Shown here in pieces: positions 1-10,699 of a DNA stretch of 57,930 bases (positions are counted from its first letter, which is position 1; each line of letters opens with the position of its first letter). Source of the stretch: Minisyncoccota bacterium. GTDB lineage: Bacteria > Patescibacteriota > Minisyncoccia > UBA6257 > GWB1-50-10. The position numbers and the translations under genes were made by a program. The notes under the pieces were generated by a model. The model saw nothing but the letters and a program-made list of their open reading frames with translations. It did not search any database and had not been told where the DNA came from. Location: positions 128,129-186,058 of the forward strand of contig JAGVBB010000002.1 of assembly GCA_020059915.1 (NCBI GenBank), read 5' to 3'.

Positions 1-1093
1 GGAGAGATAAGAGCACTGGTGTTCCTCCTATTTTTTCCACAAAACGTGTAGCTATTGTTTTATTAAGCGTGGTACGCACGAGATATGATGCGGCAATTGA
101 TTTTTGTTTTGACTGATTTGTTATTGCATATCCAAAATACGATGGGTAACTTAGTGTCTTTTTTGCAGATTTCGGTTGTGGTATTGGTGCAATACCAAAA
201 TTTAAGTTTTGATTTTTTGTTTTAATTGTCTTTATATCACGTTCATAACCGATTATCATTGCAGATTGCTCGGATGCGAATGCATCAATTGAAAACGGCA
301 TAGTCTCATTCCATGTATAGGTTTCTGATTTTGGATCGGAAAATTTTGTATAAAATTCCATCGCGCTTTTTCCTTCATTTCCTGCAAAGGATGCTTGAGT
401 GAACTCTTCGTTAACCATTTTTGCGCCCGCGCGAATCATCAGTGAAGAGAGAATGTCTGATGCATGGAGAATTGTTCTTTCTGTTCCGCCAAGCGATATC
501 GCTGCTTGTTCTATATTTTCATCTTTGTCTTTTTTGACGAGTTTTGGAATCATTTCATCAAGCGCTTCCCATGTTTCCGGTGGGTATATAAATCCTGCAT
601 TTCCCAATATATCTCGGTTATAAAAAAGCACGAGAGTGTCTATGGTATAAGGAAGCGCATATGTTCCATTTTTGTCAGCAAAGTCATATCGCCATACCGT
701 TTCTGGAAATGATTGTTGTAGTTGTAGTGGTGAAATATATTGTGAAGGAATTTGGGCGATCTTATTTTTTAATTTTGGAATGTCGGCATTTTCTACTGAA
801 ATAATATCTGGCGCTTTCCCCAGAGAAAATGCCTCTGTAAGCGCATACATATAAGATTCTTTATCTGGAAATCCTTTATATTGAACTGAAAAATTTGGAT
901 ATTCTGTTTTCATAGAATCAGCCGTACCGATAAAAAATTCATTATCGTTCCCTATGCCCCATATGGAGATAGTTATCGGATTGTTTTTAGGATCATTTGT
1001 TTGGAGTCCTGGAAGAATTCCCACAAGGATGAGAATAAAGAGTGCGACCCCAATACCAACTGCCCCAATGATAAGCATTCGTGAACGGTTCAT
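1..1093 (-). CDS. Extracellular solute-binding protein (ABC sugar-binding type), runs off the window start
   Basis: Not in the ORF track because it is partial. Manual translation from 1093: MNRSRMLIIGAVGIGVALFILILVGILPGLQ...ITISIWGIG...YPNFSVQYKGF...GKAPDII; N-terminal membrane anchor and SBP_bac_1-like motifs. Confidence 0.8.
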   Translation of the reverse strand, partial: MNRSRMLIIGAVGIGVALFILILVGILPGLQTNDPKNNPITISIWGIGNDNEFFIGTADSMKTEYPNFSVQYKGFPDKESYMYALTEAFSLGKAPDIISVENADIPKLKNKIAQIPSQYISPLQLQQSFPETVWRYDFADKNGTYALPYTIDTLVLFYNRDILGNAGFIYPPETWEALDEMIPKLVKKDKDENIEQAAISLGGTERTILHASDILSSLMIRAGAKMVNEEFTQASFAGNEGKSAMEFYTKFSDPKSETYTWNETMPFSIDAFASEQSAMIIGYERDIKTIKTKNQNLNFGIAPIPQPKSAKKTLSYPSYFGYAITNQSKQKSIAASYLVRTTLNKTIATRFVEKIGGTPVLLSL

Positions 1094-1203
1094 CCCGTTA
1101 GAAAATCTGACAATTTGGTTTGTTCGACAATAGGATTATTTCTGTGCGTATATACATATACTATTGGTTATTTATGGATGGTCCGTTTTCTAACGGGATT
1201 CAT
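1088..1203. mobile_element. MITE-like start-codon element, copy 1 (core 1094-1197)
   Basis: 12-bp perfect TIR CCCGTTAGAAAA/TTTTCTAACGGG, flanked on the minus strand by ATGAAT and ATGAAC; the second provides the gene's ATG. Confidence 0.75.
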
Positions 1204-1223
1204 TACCTTTATTATAAACAAAA

Positions 1224-1248
1224 ATCCCACTCTTGGTGAGAGTGGGAT
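1224..1248 (-). terminator. Intrinsic terminator after gyrA
   Basis: Hairpin ATCCCACTCT/AGAGTGGGAT followed by a T-run on the minus strand. Confidence 0.7.
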
Positions 1249-1259
1249 GCTGTTTATTT

Positions 1260-3737
1260 CTAGAGGGCTACAATTCCAATAATTGAATCACCTTTTTCTA
1301 GATTCATAATTTTTACTCCTTGCGTTGCCCTTCCTGCAATACGGATGTCGGAAAGTTTTGTGCGAATTGCCTGTCCTTTAAGTGAAAATGCAATTACCTC
1401 TTCTGCTTCTGGATCAATAATATGTGCAGCAATCACCTTTCCTGTCTTGTCATTTGTTTTTGCTGTCCTAATTCCGCTTCCTCCACGTTTCTGAACTTTG
1501 TACTCTTTTATTGGTGTCTGTTTTGCATATCCATTTCCCATTATTACCAAAAATTGTGTGTCTTGTTTTGTTCCTTTGGAAATAATTGAGAATCCAGCGA
1601 CTACATCTTTTCCTTTTAGATTAATAGCTTTTATACCAGATGCTGTTCTTCCCATTGAACGGACATCCTTTTCTTTAAATCGTATTGATTGTCCTTCGGC
1701 GGTGACAAGAATGATTTCATCTTCTCCCGACGATCGATCTGCCCATTGTAGTGCATCACTGTCTTTTAATGTTATTGCGATAATTCCCGTTCTTCTTACA
1801 TTTGCAAAATCCTTGAAGTCGGTTTTTTTGATGACACCATGATTTGTTGCCATAACAAGAAATCCACTTCCCTCTCCCTTCTTACCCCCCTCAATTCCTT
1901 TGTAATTTACTATTGAACAAATCTTTTCATTTGGTGGAAGTGTAAGAAAATTATGAACCGATTTACCTTTTGATGTTCTTGATGCGACAGGTATTTCATA
2001 GGCCTTGGTTTGGAATACACGTCCTTTGTCGGTAAAAAATAATATATTATCGTGTGTCTCTGTGGTAATTATTTTGTGAATTTGATCTTCTTCTTTTAGT
2101 TCAAATCCAATAAGACCCTTTCCACCCCTTCGTTGTGCCTTAAAGACCGTTGGAGACATACGCTTGATGTATCCATCCTGACTAAGTGTCACTATAACCT
2201 CCTCGTTTTGGATAAGATCCTCTTCCTTAAATTCTTTAATTCCAGAAGAAACAAGTTTTGTTTTTCGTTCGCTGGGATATGTTTTTTTGAGACCACCTAA
2301 CTCATCAGTAATAATCTCAACAATCCGTGTTTCGGACTTCAATATTGCTTTACATTCTGCAATAAATTTTTTCTTTTCTTTTAATTCCTCTTCAATTTTG
2401 ATGCGCTCAAGTGCTGCAAGTGATTGGAGGCGCATTTCAAGAATTGCGTTTGCTTGAATTTCAGAAAGTTTGAATTTCTTCATCAAGTTGGTACGCGCTT
2501 CATCCTTATCTTTAGATTTTTTTATTGTCTCTATAATCTTATCGATTACATCAAGCGCTGTTGCAAGTCCCTCTAAAATATGTGCGCGCTCTTCTGCTTT
2601 TCTCAAATCAAACTCGGTGCGCTTTCGTATCATTAGTTTTCTGTGATCGAGATATGCAGAAAGCACGTCTTTTAATGAAAATATTCTTGGTGCGATTCCA
2701 TTTTCAAGAGCGAGCATATTGAAATAAAAGTTTTTTTGCAATTCGGTGTATTGAAATAACTGGTTGAGTACTTTTTGTGGTGCTGTATCATTTTTTAATT
2801 CAACAACAATACGAAGACCATCGCGATCAGACTCATCGCGGAGATCTCTTATTCCCTCAATTCTTTTTTCTTGTGCTAGCTCTGCCATCTTTGTAATGAG
2901 ATCTGATTTATTTACCTGATAAGGAATCTCGGTTATTACAATTTGGAAACTTCCACTTTTTTTCTCTTCGATCTCAGCAAGTGCACGAATGGTTACTGAT
3001 CCACGTCCTGTTGCATATGCTTCCTCAAGCGCCTTCTTATCAAAAATAACACCACCAGTCGGAAAATCAGGACCAGGAACAAATTGCATTAATTCTTTTG
3101 TTGATGCGTCAGCGTGTTTGGCAAGATACATGGTTGCATCAACTATCTCATGGAGATTGTGTGGTGGAATTGATGTTGCCATACCAACCGCAATACCAAC
3201 GGTTCCATTGAGTAATAAATGCGGAAGTTTAGCTGGGAGATATGATGGTTCAACTCGTGAATTATCATAGTTCGGAATCCAATCTACTGTCTCCTTTTCT
3301 ATATCTGTTAATAATTCTGCAGAGATTTTTGTGAGACGTGCTTCTGTATAACGCATTGCGGCTGGTGCGTCACCATCAATTGATCCCCAGTTACCTTGTC
3401 CATCTACTAATGTATATCTGAGAGAAAAATCTTGTGCCATACGCGCCATTGCGTCATAGACCGCCTGGTCACCATGGGGGTGATATTTTCCTAAAACTTC
3501 TCCAACAACATTTGCTGATTTTTTGAATTTTGCCGTATGGGTAAGTCCCGTATCCCACATTGCCCACAAAATACGTCTTTGTACTGGCTTTAATCCATCT
3601 CGGACATCGGGAAGAGCGCGAGAAACAATAACAGACATTGCATATTGTAAATATGACTCTTGAAGCTCCTCTGTTATTTCCCTTGGTTCAATAGTATCTT
3701 TTGGGATGATATTTTTTTGTTCTTCTTCTTTTTTCAT
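1260..3737 (-). CDS. gyrA: DNA gyrase subunit A
   Basis: [29 protein letters not shown] catalytic Tyr, GyrA-box QRRGGKG, C-terminal pinwheel repeats. Confidence 0.98.
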   Translation of the reverse strand: MKKEEEQKNIIPKDTIEPREITEELQESYLQYAMSVIVSRALPDVRDGLKPVQRRILWAMWDTGLTHTAKFKKSANVVGEVLGKYHPHGDQAVYDAMARMAQDFSLRYTLVDGQGNWGSIDGDAPAAMRYTEARLTKISAELLTDIEKETVDWIPNYDNSRVEPSYLPAKLPHLLLNGTVGIAVGMATSIPPHNLHEIVDATMYLAKHADASTKELMQFVPGPDFPTGGVIFDKKALEEAYATGRGSVTIRALAEIEEKKSGSFQIVITEIPYQVNKSDLITKMAELAQEKRIEGIRDLRDESDRDGLRIVVELKNDTAPQKVLNQLFQYTELQKNFYFNMLALENGIAPRIFSLKDVLSAYLDHRKLMIRKRTEFDLRKAEERAHILEGLATALDVIDKIIETIKKSKDKDEARTNLMKKFKLSEIQANAILEMRLQSLAALERIKIEEELKEKKKFIAECKAILKSETRIVEIITDELGGLKKTYPSERKTKLVSSGIKEFKEEDLIQNEEVIVTLSQDGYIKRMSPTVFKAQRRGGKGLIGFELKEEDQIHKIITTETHDNILFFTDKGRVFQTKAYEIPVASRTSKGKSVHNFLTLPPNEKICSIVNYKGIEGGKKGEGSGFLVMATNHGVIKKTDFKDFANVRRTGIIAITLKDSDALQWADRSSGEDEIILVTAEGQSIRFKEKDVRSMGRTASGIKAINLKGKDVVAGFSIISKGTKQDTQFLVIMGNGYAKQTPIKEYKVQKRGGSGIRTAKTNDKTGKVIAAHIIDPEAEEVIAFSLKGQAIRTKLSDIRIAGRATQGVKIMNLEKGDSIIGIVAL

Positions 3738-3743
3738 AAATTA

Positions 3744-4166
3744 TTATGGAAGTAATGTCGGTTCAAGTGGCTCTATATCATTTGGTTGAAATGGTATTTC
3801 TTTTATTTCCTCTTTTTGAATAATAACCTCTTTCTTTTTTGTTGCATATTGAAGTGTGTGTGTAAGTCCGTTTTTAAATGTGTTACCCACGGAGAATATT
3901 GATGCAAAAATGTTGTTTGTGGTTATTTTTATTCCTTTCACCATAGATCCGATTATTGAGGTATTTTTTGTTGTTTCAGTTACTATTTCTTGCTTTTCAA
4001 ATACCTGATCACCCTGATTCATACTGGTGCGAGGTAATGTTGCAGAGATATAAATAATCCACACCACAACAATGATTATCATAACCACCCCACTTGAAAC
4101 GATAACCCATCGTCGTTTTGTATGTTCGTCTGAAGATCTAATCTTTTTTATATATTCAGAAACCAT
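3744..4166 (-). CDS. Hypothetical single-pass membrane protein
   Basis: 140-aa ORF tightly packed in the gyrA operon, one N-terminal TM helix. Confidence 0.75.
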   Translation of the reverse strand: MVSEYIKKIRSSDEHTKRRWVIVSSGVVMIIIVVVWIIYISATLPRTSMNQGDQVFEKQEIVTETTKNTSIIGSMVKGIKITTNNIFASIFSVGNTFKNGLTHTLQYATKKKEVIIQKEEIKEIPFQPNDIEPLEPTLLP

Positions 4167-4170
4167 GTTT

Positions 4171-4749
4171 TTATGATTTCAACCATACTACCCGCATTGC
4201 CTTTTCTTCAATTTCCTTTTTTTTGATTGTTAATTTTTCTTCCGCGGTTGCCTCTCTGTTTAATTCCTTAAGAAGTGTGTGTGGCTTTTCGGTGAGTGAA
4301 GGAATTATTATCCCTGGTTCGAGTTGCCGTGTGAGTTTTGCAATTTTTGTAATTTCGAGAAAAGGAGATCCTCCCGCGGGAACTATTGCAATATCATTGT
4401 CAGTGAAGGCAGAGATTGTCTTTGGGTCAAGTTCATTATATAAATGTCCGAGCACTACCAAAGAAATGTCATCAAAGAGTATTTGGTACGCGGTATTTTC
4501 ACATTTTGCTTTTTCATTCCATCCCGTCGAATATCCATGGATACGAACTCCACCAATTTCGTACTCTCCCTGATTTTCAATCCACACAGGAGCGTCCTCT
4601 CCCTCCAGTGGTTCAGAAAATGTCGGTTTTACTGTATTGATAACTACCTGAGCGCCCCTAAAAGATCTTTGATTTTCTGGATCTATAAGGATGGTGTAGT
4701 CTCCTGACTGTATTTTGAAGTAATTTCCTCCTTGATATGTAATAACCAT
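4171..4749 (-). CDS. MBL-fold metallo-hydrolase-like protein (Lactamase_B_3 type, degenerate metal ligands)
   Basis: MVITYQGGNYFKIQ...ILIDP, GEYEIGGV, IAIVPAGG, LEPGIIIPS pattern. Confidence 0.75.
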   Translation of the reverse strand: MVITYQGGNYFKIQSGDYTILIDPENQRSFRGAQVVINTVKPTFSEPLEGEDAPVWIENQGEYEIGGVRIHGYSTGWNEKAKCENTAYQILFDDISLVVLGHLYNELDPKTISAFTDNDIAIVPAGGSPFLEITKIAKLTRQLEPGIIIPSLTEKPHTLLKELNREATAEEKLTIKKKEIEEKAMRVVWLKS

Positions 4750-4851
4750 ATGATATCAACATTGATTATAGAAAATATTTAGCAATTAGGGAATAGCCAT
4801 TTTTTGTTTAACCGTTGCATTTTTTGTTAAAACAACGTATTCTAATGCGGT

Positions 4852-5943
4852 ATGAATATAGTAAAGAACGGTATGTTATTGCTTGCGCAGTTGGTAAAAA
4901 CTGCTCCGCAATTATTTTCTCCACTTAAAGTTGGGGATCTTGTAGAGGGAAAAATAATCGAAAAGAGCTCAAATTGTATACTTGTCGATCTCGGGCGTCA
5001 TGGAACTGGCGTTGTGTATAGGGGTGAATTGCAAAATGCACGCGATCTAGTTAAGGCAATAGAGATCGGGGGTGTGATTAATGGAAAAGTTATTGAAATT
5101 GATAATGAAAAAGGATACACAGAACTCTCACTTACAGAAGCGGGCAGACAAAAAGCTTGGCAGGAGATTGATGAATTAAAAGGAAAAGACGAGGCAATTG
5201 TTGTAAAGCCGACTGGATATAACAAGGGTGGTCTTATTGTTTCTATTCATGGAATCGGTGCATTTCTTCCTGTTTCCCAATTGGCAAATGATCATTATCC
5301 AAAACTCGGTGTTGGCGATAAAACAGAAATTGCTTCAGCTCTTCAAAAATTAGTTGGAGAGGAAATCACTGTAAAAGTTATCGACGCAAATCAGAGAAAT
5401 GGAAAATTAATTGTTTCAGAAAAAGAAGCAGTAGAAGTATCATCTCGCGAGTTGGTAAAAAATTATAATATTGATCAAATTGTTGAGGTAATTGTTTCTG
5501 GTGTTGCTGATTTTGGAATATTTGTAAAATTTGTTGATAATCCAGCAGTTGAGGGACTTATTCACGTATCAGAGCTTGATCATCGCATTGTGGAAAGTCC
5601 GAAGGAAATTGTTAAGGTTGATGAGGTAATAAAAGCGAAGATTGTTGAAATAAAAGATGGAAAGATTTCTCTTTCACTCAAGGCACTCAAAGAGGACCCA
5701 TGGCAAGCGGGATTAGAAAAATATAAGGAGGGAGAGATTGTTCGTGGCACTGTATATATGTTTAATCCATTTGGTGCGGTGGTAAATCTTGATAATGAAA
5801 TACAAGGGTATGTCCATGTTACTGATTTTGGTGGCGCTGATGAAATGAAGAAGGAGATCTCGTTACAGAAAGAATATCAATTTGTTATTGATAGCATAAA
5901 ACCAGAAGAGAAAAGAATTAATCTAAAATTAGTAAAAGAATAA
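4852..5943 (+). CDS. rpsA: S1 RNA-binding domain protein (short ribosomal protein S1)
   Basis: Four S1 repeats (NKGGLIV, AFLPVSQL, DFGIFV..EGLIHVSEL, ISLSLKALKEDPW). Confidence 0.85.
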   Translation: MNIVKNGMLLLAQLVKTAPQLFSPLKVGDLVEGKIIEKSSNCILVDLGRHGTGVVYRGELQNARDLVKAIEIGGVINGKVIEIDNEKGYTELSLTEAGRQKAWQEIDELKGKDEAIVVKPTGYNKGGLIVSIHGIGAFLPVSQLANDHYPKLGVGDKTEIASALQKLVGEEITVKVIDANQRNGKLIVSEKEAVEVSSRELVKNYNIDQIVEVIVSGVADFGIFVKFVDNPAVEGLIHVSELDHRIVESPKEIVKVDEVIKAKIVEIKDGKISLSLKALKEDPWQAGLEKYKEGEIVRGTVYMFNPFGAVVNLDNEIQGYVHVTDFGGADEMKKEISLQKEYQFVIDSIKPEEKRINLKLVKE

Positions 5944-5947
5944 ATTT

Positions 5948-5975
5948 AAAAACCCCATTTCGCATGGGGTTTTTT
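5948..5975 (+). terminator. Intrinsic terminator
   Basis: AAAAACCCCAT-ttcgc-ATGGGGTTTTT hairpin with U-tract. Confidence 0.8.
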
Positions 5976-6044
5976 CTTGTATATTTTTTTAATGCGTGGT
6001 ATACAAAAAATACATTCATTAATAACTAAAGAGAGGAAAGAAAG

Positions 6045-6740
6045 ATGGGAGAGATGAGCCAGAGACATAGAAAAAGTAGAATTTTCCATTTCGTTTTTTC
6101 GTTAGTATTACCACGACTCATAACATTCAAGTTATATGAGCAGGACGAAATTTTTGAAATGATTGAACGGGAATTAGTATTAAATTTCTTGATAAAATCA
6201 AAGAAAGGATCTTTTTCTGAATTAGCAACACGGGCAAAAGAACTTAAAATCCTTTATCAATCACTAAGTGATGAAGAATTGGCGTATTTTCCACACACAA
6301 ATCAAATAGATGGAGAATATGCTGTTCGGTTGTTTCCGTTTTCTCCAGGAGAAGAAAAATCTGCAGAAAGGCAGATGCAGTTTCTAGGGTACCGGCATGG
6401 AACTGGATGTGAGTTGGTACAGTTAGCTTTTGAAAAAAGAAAAATACGAATAAAAAATGGGGCAATAATTGCTAAGGGTACTGCAGCAAAACCGGAAAGA
6501 AATGAACACATTTCTCCAAAATTGGCTGTTGGGGGTGATAAGAAGTTATATTTAAATATTCATGATCATGGTGTGTATGGTTCTCCAACACAGTTGTATT
6601 ATCTTGGTGTATTTGTCCCCAAAAAAAGAAGATCGGTAAATTCAAATATTCAAAGGTATGTTGATTTTATTGACTCTCTTCTTTCGGGCTTATCAAAAAG
6701 TGACAAGGATATGATTATAAAAAAAATATCACGGAAATAA
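6045..6740 (+). CDS. Hypothetical protein
   Basis: 231-aa ORF with its own promoter, SD (GAGAGGA) and terminator; no family recognised. Confidence 0.7.
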   Translation: MGEMSQRHRKSRIFHFVFSLVLPRLITFKLYEQDEIFEMIERELVLNFLIKSKKGSFSELATRAKELKILYQSLSDEELAYFPHTNQIDGEYAVRLFPFSPGEEKSAERQMQFLGYRHGTGCELVQLAFEKRKIRIKNGAIIAKGTAAKPERNEHISPKLAVGGDKKLYLNIHDHGVYGSPTQLYYLGVFVPKKRRSVNSNIQRYVDFIDSLLSGLSKSDKDMIIKKISRK

Positions 6741-6743
6741 TTT

Positions 6744-6778
6744 AACTCCGCCTACTATTGGGCGGAGTTTCTTTTTTT
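6744..6778 (+). terminator. Intrinsic terminator
   Basis: AACTCCGCC...GGCGGAGTT followed by a T-rich tract. Confidence 0.75.
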
Positions 6779-6813
6779 GTATTTTAAGGTATAGTGAATT
6801 GCGTAATAACATT

Positions 6814-8661
6814 ATGAAATCACTTGGAAAAAATATACTATTCACTGTCATTTTTCTTATCATAACCGCACTTCTTTTTGGTGCAGTTCTTGATACTCAA
6901 TCAAAAACACCTGAGGAAATAAGCATTAGTGCGGTAGCAAAAAAAATAATAGATGGGGAGGTCAAAACAATAACAGTACAAGAAAGCGATCTTATACTAG
7001 GACTACAGGATGGTATAGAAATTAAATCAAAAAAAGAAAGTGGTGTTAGTCTCTTGGAGACACTTTCAAGTTATGGGATAACTTCAAGTACACTTGGTAA
7101 TATTGATGTAAATATAAAGGATCAAGGAGGAACAAAGTATTGGATGGGAATTATTATTCCAACACTCATACCACTACTCATTATGGGGTTGATACTTTGG
7201 TGGATGTTTCGTCAGGCGAAGGGTGGTGCAAATCAGGCATTTTCTTTTGGAAGAGTAAATATCCGTTTATTTTCTCCATTGAAAGATAAGATTTTATTCA
7301 AAGATGTTGCGGGCCTTAAAGAAGCAAAGGAGGAACTTTGGGAGGTTGTTGAATTTTTAAAGAATCCAAAAAAATTCCATGCAATGGGAGCAAAAATTCC
7401 ACGAGGTGTTTTACTTATGGGCTCACCAGGAACGGGAAAGACAATGCTCGCTCGAGCAGTTGCTGGTGAATCAGGTGTTCCATTCTTCCATATATCGGCA
7501 TCAGAATTTGTTGAAATGTTTGTGGGGGTTGGAGCGTCTCGAGTTCGCGATCTATTTCAAGTAGCAAAAAAGGCGGCGCCAGCAATTATTTTCATTGATG
7601 AGATTGATGCTGTTGGGAGAGAGCGTGGAACGGGAATGGGTGGTGGTCACGATGAACGAGAACAAACATTGAATCAGATTCTTGTTGAGATGGATGGATT
7701 TGAGCGCGACACTAGTGTCATTGTTGTTGCTGCAACAAATAGACCAGATGTTCTTGACCAGGCACTTCTTCGACCAGGACGGTTTGATAGAAGGGTAATG
7801 CTTGATATGCCGGACATAAGAGACAGAGAAGAAATTTTAAAAATCCATGCAAAGGGAAAACCACTTTCGAAATCAACAGATCTTCATATGGTTGCACTCC
7901 GTACACCTGGATTTGCTGGTGCAGAACTTGCAAATTTAATGAATGAAGCAGCAATTCTTGCGGCAAGAAATAATAGGAAATTTGTTGAACAGGAAGATCT
8001 ATTGGATTCAATCGAAAAAGTATTACTTGGTCCTGCGAGAAAAAACAGGATTATTAATGATCATGAAAAACAGGTTACCGCATATCATGAGGCGGGACAC
8101 GCAATTGTGGCTGCGGTTGTAAAAAATTCTGATCCAGTTCACAAGGTTTCTGTGGTAAGTAGGGGTATGGCTGGTGGATATACATTAAAACTTCCTATGG
8201 AAGAAAAGCGACTTCGAACAAAGTCAGATTTTTTGGGAGAGATAGCTGTTTCATTGGGCGGATATGCCGCAGAACAGGCAGTGTTTAAGGATATTACTAC
8301 TGGATCTTCAAGTGATATACAGCAGGCAACCGATGTGGCGGAGTCACTTGTTACAAAGTATGGTATGAGCGAAAAACTTGGTCCACGTGCATATGGAAAT
8401 GGACAAGAGGTGACATTTTTTGGACGAGGATTGGGATCGGAAAAAGATTATTCTGAAACAATAGGAACTACTATTGATGTAGAAATAAACGAATATATAC
8501 AGAGGGGGCTCCAGACCGCAAAGAAAATAATGGCCACACATCGAAAAGCTCTTGATGGTGTTGCGGCGGCGCTTATTGAAAAAGAGACACTTGAACAAGA
8601 AGAGTTTTATAAACTAATTGAAAATCTTGGTATAAAAAAAGATTCTATTATTTTGAAATAA
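6814..8661 (+). CDS. ftsH: ATP-dependent zinc metalloprotease FtsH
   Basis: 2 TM helices, Walker A GSPGTGKT, Walker [27 protein letters not shown] zinc motif. Start moved to ATG 6814. Confidence 0.97.
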   Translation: MKSLGKNILFTVIFLIITALLFGAVLDTQSKTPEEISISAVAKKIIDGEVKTITVQESDLILGLQDGIEIKSKKESGVSLLETLSSYGITSSTLGNIDVNIKDQGGTKYWMGIIIPTLIPLLIMGLILWWMFRQAKGGANQAFSFGRVNIRLFSPLKDKILFKDVAGLKEAKEELWEVVEFLKNPKKFHAMGAKIPRGVLLMGSPGTGKTMLARAVAGESGVPFFHISASEFVEMFVGVGASRVRDLFQVAKKAAPAIIFIDEIDAVGRERGTGMGGGHDEREQTLNQILVEMDGFERDTSVIVVAATNRPDVLDQALLRPGRFDRRVMLDMPDIRDREEILKIHAKGKPLSKSTDLHMVALRTPGFAGAELANLMNEAAILAARNNRKFVEQEDLLDSIEKVLLGPARKNRIINDHEKQVTAYHEAGHAIVAAVVKNSDPVHKVSVVSRGMAGGYTLKLPMEEKRLRTKSDFLGEIAVSLGGYAAEQAVFKDITTGSSSDIQQATDVAESLVTKYGMSEKLGPRAYGNGQEVTFFGRGLGSEKDYSETIGTTIDVEINEYIQRGLQTAKKIMATHRKALDGVAAALIEKETLEQEEFYKLIENLGIKKDSIILK

Positions 8662-8699
8662 TAAAAAACTACCAGTTTATGAACTGGTAGTTTTTTATT
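8660..8699. terminator. Bidirectional terminator-like palindrome
   Basis: AATAAAAAACTACCAGTT-TATG-AACTGGTAGTTTTTTATT between ftsH and the convergent tRNA pair. Confidence 0.75.
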
Positions 8700-8798
8700 A
8701 TAGGCGCTGAATTTGGGATTTTCTCAACTGATTGTTCGCCGTTGCTCACAATTGTTTCGAACCCGGGCTCGCGGTGTGTTTTACTAAACACACAACGC

Positions 8799-8818
8799 CC
8801 TGCCTACCGGCAGGCAGG
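8799..8818. repeat. Short GC-rich palindromic repeat CCTGCCTACCGGCAGGCAGG
   Basis: Imperfect hairpin; 19 nt (8801-8819) identical to 11325-11343 inside folD. Confidence 0.8.
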
Positions 8819-8902
8819 TCCGCCCTTCAATCCCCTACGCGAGCCAAGTAGTTTGCTCGCTCAGCTACAAACAAAAAACCGCTTTCGCGATTTTTTGATT
8901 TG

Positions 8903-8974
8903 TGGGCGTTGAGGGGATTGAACCCCCGACCTTCTCGGTGTAAACGAGACGCTCTACCACTAAGCTAAACGCCC
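8903..8974 (-). tRNA. tRNA-Val(UAC)
   Basis: Cloverleaf GGGCGTT...AACGCCC-A, anticodon stem TCTCG/CGAGA, loop TTTACAC; no encoded CCA. Confidence 0.95.
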
Positions 8975-9000
8975 ATATGTTGTTTGTAATGCCCGTTCTG

Positions 9001-9073
9001 TGGGCCAGGAAGGACTCGAACCTTCGGTCGCCGAGGTATAAGCTCGGTGCTTTAGCCACTAAGCTACTGGCCC
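9001..9073 (-). tRNA. tRNA-Ile(UAU)
   Basis: GGGCCAG...CTGGCCC-A acceptor stem, anticodon stem CCGAG/CTCGG, loop CTTATAC (anticodon TAT), GGTTCGAGTCC T-arm. Confidence 0.93.
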
Positions 9074-9135
9074 TTCCAAACTTTGTATAGACAGCATATC
9101 AGATATACAAAAAAACTCAAGAAAAAACCCCGTAA

Positions 9136-9495
9136 TTATACGGGGCTTCCAATTTTAAATACTGTAGTGATAATATTTTTATTCTTATTTTTCATTGGAA
9201 TAAATGAATAAGCAAATTGAGCAAGGTTATTTTCTTTATGTTTTTTCTCCTCCCCTTCTAGGGCATCCAAATGAAATCCGATGTTCTTTTCGATAGTTTT
9301 CTTTACTTTTTCAAGTAATATTAATGGCTCAAAAAAGAAATATTCTTGTTTTTTAGAATTCTCAAAAAAATGTAACATTTTCTTATTTTCAGTTTGGATC
9401 GCTACGGCGATATAGTCGTCTTGCTTGAAATAAAATGCGACAAAATCACCTGTTTTCAATGTTATCTCATTATTTTCATTATCAAAAAACCTCAT
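9136..9495 (-). CDS. Hypothetical protein
   Basis: 119-aa ORF with SD GAGGT upstream; no family recognised. Confidence 0.6.
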   Translation of the reverse strand: MRFFDNENNEITLKTGDFVAFYFKQDDYIAVAIQTENKKMLHFFENSKKQEYFFFEPLILLEKVKKTIEKNIGFHLDALEGEEKKHKENNLAQFAYSFIPMKNKNKNIITTVFKIGSPV

Positions 9496-9594
9496 TATTT
9501 ACCTCATTGTTATGTTCTGTATTTGTTGTACCGCAAGATAAAACAATATGCAACAAAATTGACATCATCTAGTTTCGGGATTAGGTTGAACAGT

Positions 9595-10086
9595 ATGGCG
9601 TATATGTTTCGTAGTTCTTTGGGGATTGAGTTTGATATTCCTTCAGTGGTGAAGGAGATATTGAGATATATGCGTGAGGACACAAAGAGGGAATATAAAA
9701 TTATTATTGGATCTGATTCAATGGGATTTCAGAACAAGATGGCAGACTTTGTCACTGCTGTCGTTGTTCATCGTGTTGGAAACGGAGGAAGATATTTTTG
9801 GAGAAGAATAGAATTGGGAAAATTTTATACACTTCGTGATCGTATTATTCAAGAGGTTCTTCTATCTCTTGAGATTGCAGAGTTGGTACTAAAAGAGATT
9901 CAGGAATCGGAACATAGTTATCCAATCCCACGATGGAGTTTTGAAATACATGCTGATGTGGGGATGAATGGACCAACTAATACCCTTATTCAAGAGGTTG
10001 TTGGAATGATTCGAGCATCTAATTATGAGGTGAAAACAAAACCAGAAAGTTATGCCGCGTCACATGTTGCCGACATGTATACCTAA
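9595..10086 (+). CDS. RNase H-like YkuK/DUF458 family protein
   Basis: IIIGSDS, FVTAVVVHRVGNGGRYF, EIHADVG..GPT, KPESYAASHVAD. Start moved to ATG 9595. Confidence 0.88.
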   Translation: MAYMFRSSLGIEFDIPSVVKEILRYMREDTKREYKIIIGSDSMGFQNKMADFVTAVVVHRVGNGGRYFWRRIELGKFYTLRDRIIQEVLLSLEIAELVLKEIQESEHSYPIPRWSFEIHADVGMNGPTNTLIQEVVGMIRASNYEVKTKPESYAASHVADMYT

Positions 10087-10114
10087 ATGTATAATGGGGA
10101 CTTATATAAGAGAT

Positions 10115-10687
10115 ATGAGAGATAAAATTGTATTTGATATTGAAACAAAAAACACATTTGCTGATGTGGGTGGTCAAGAGCATATAAAAAAATTAGATGC
10201 ATCGGTTATTGGTATCTATTCATATAATGAAGATGCGTATTATTGTTTTGATGAATCAGAATTTGATGTAGCAGGAAAATATTTCCAAAATGCGTATATG
10301 TTAATAGGATTTTATAGTAAGAAATTTGATGTACCGGTACTCGAAAAATATTTTCCATTTAATATTGCTGCAATTCAACATATAGATATTCTTGAAGAAA
10401 TTGAAAAACGACTTGGAAGACGTATTGGTTTGGGTATACTTGCTGAAGCAAATGTGGGGGCTGGTAAGTCTGCCCACGGATTGGATGCAATTGATTTTTA
10501 TAAAAATGGCGAGATGCAAAAATTGAAAGATTATTGTACTCAAGATGTTCGAGTAACAAAAATGGTCTATGACCAAATGAAAAATGAAAAGTATCTTTGG
10601 ATACCAGAAAAATTTAAACCACAGATGACAAAATTAGAGTTTCAAGATTTTGTAGAGCCAACTCCTCCACCAGCACAATTATTTTGA
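10115..10687 (+). CDS. RNase H-like (YprB/RNase_H_2) 3'-5' exonuclease domain protein
   Basis: IVFDIETK, GFYSKKFDVPVL, HIDIL, YCTQDV: DEDD-type motifs. Confidence 0.85.
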   Translation: MRDKIVFDIETKNTFADVGGQEHIKKLDASVIGIYSYNEDAYYCFDESEFDVAGKYFQNAYMLIGFYSKKFDVPVLEKYFPFNIAAIQHIDILEEIEKRLGRRIGLGILAEANVGAGKSAHGLDAIDFYKNGEMQKLKDYCTQDVRVTKMVYDQMKNEKYLWIPEKFKPQMTKLEFQDFVEPTPPPAQLF

Positions 10688-10699
10688 TATTATAGATAT

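Noticed and set aside
399-854. Short plus-strand ORFs here and the many antisense or nested ORFs inside gyrA, ftsK, nusA, leuS and others
   Set aside because: They lie opposite or within well-supported genes and show no protein motifs.
1094-1197. GTTAGA/TCTAAC ends as integron attC sites
   Set aside because: The order is reversed relative to attC (RYYYAAC...GTTRRRY), there are no L boxes or integrase, the copies are dispersed, and they carry 6-bp flanking duplications.
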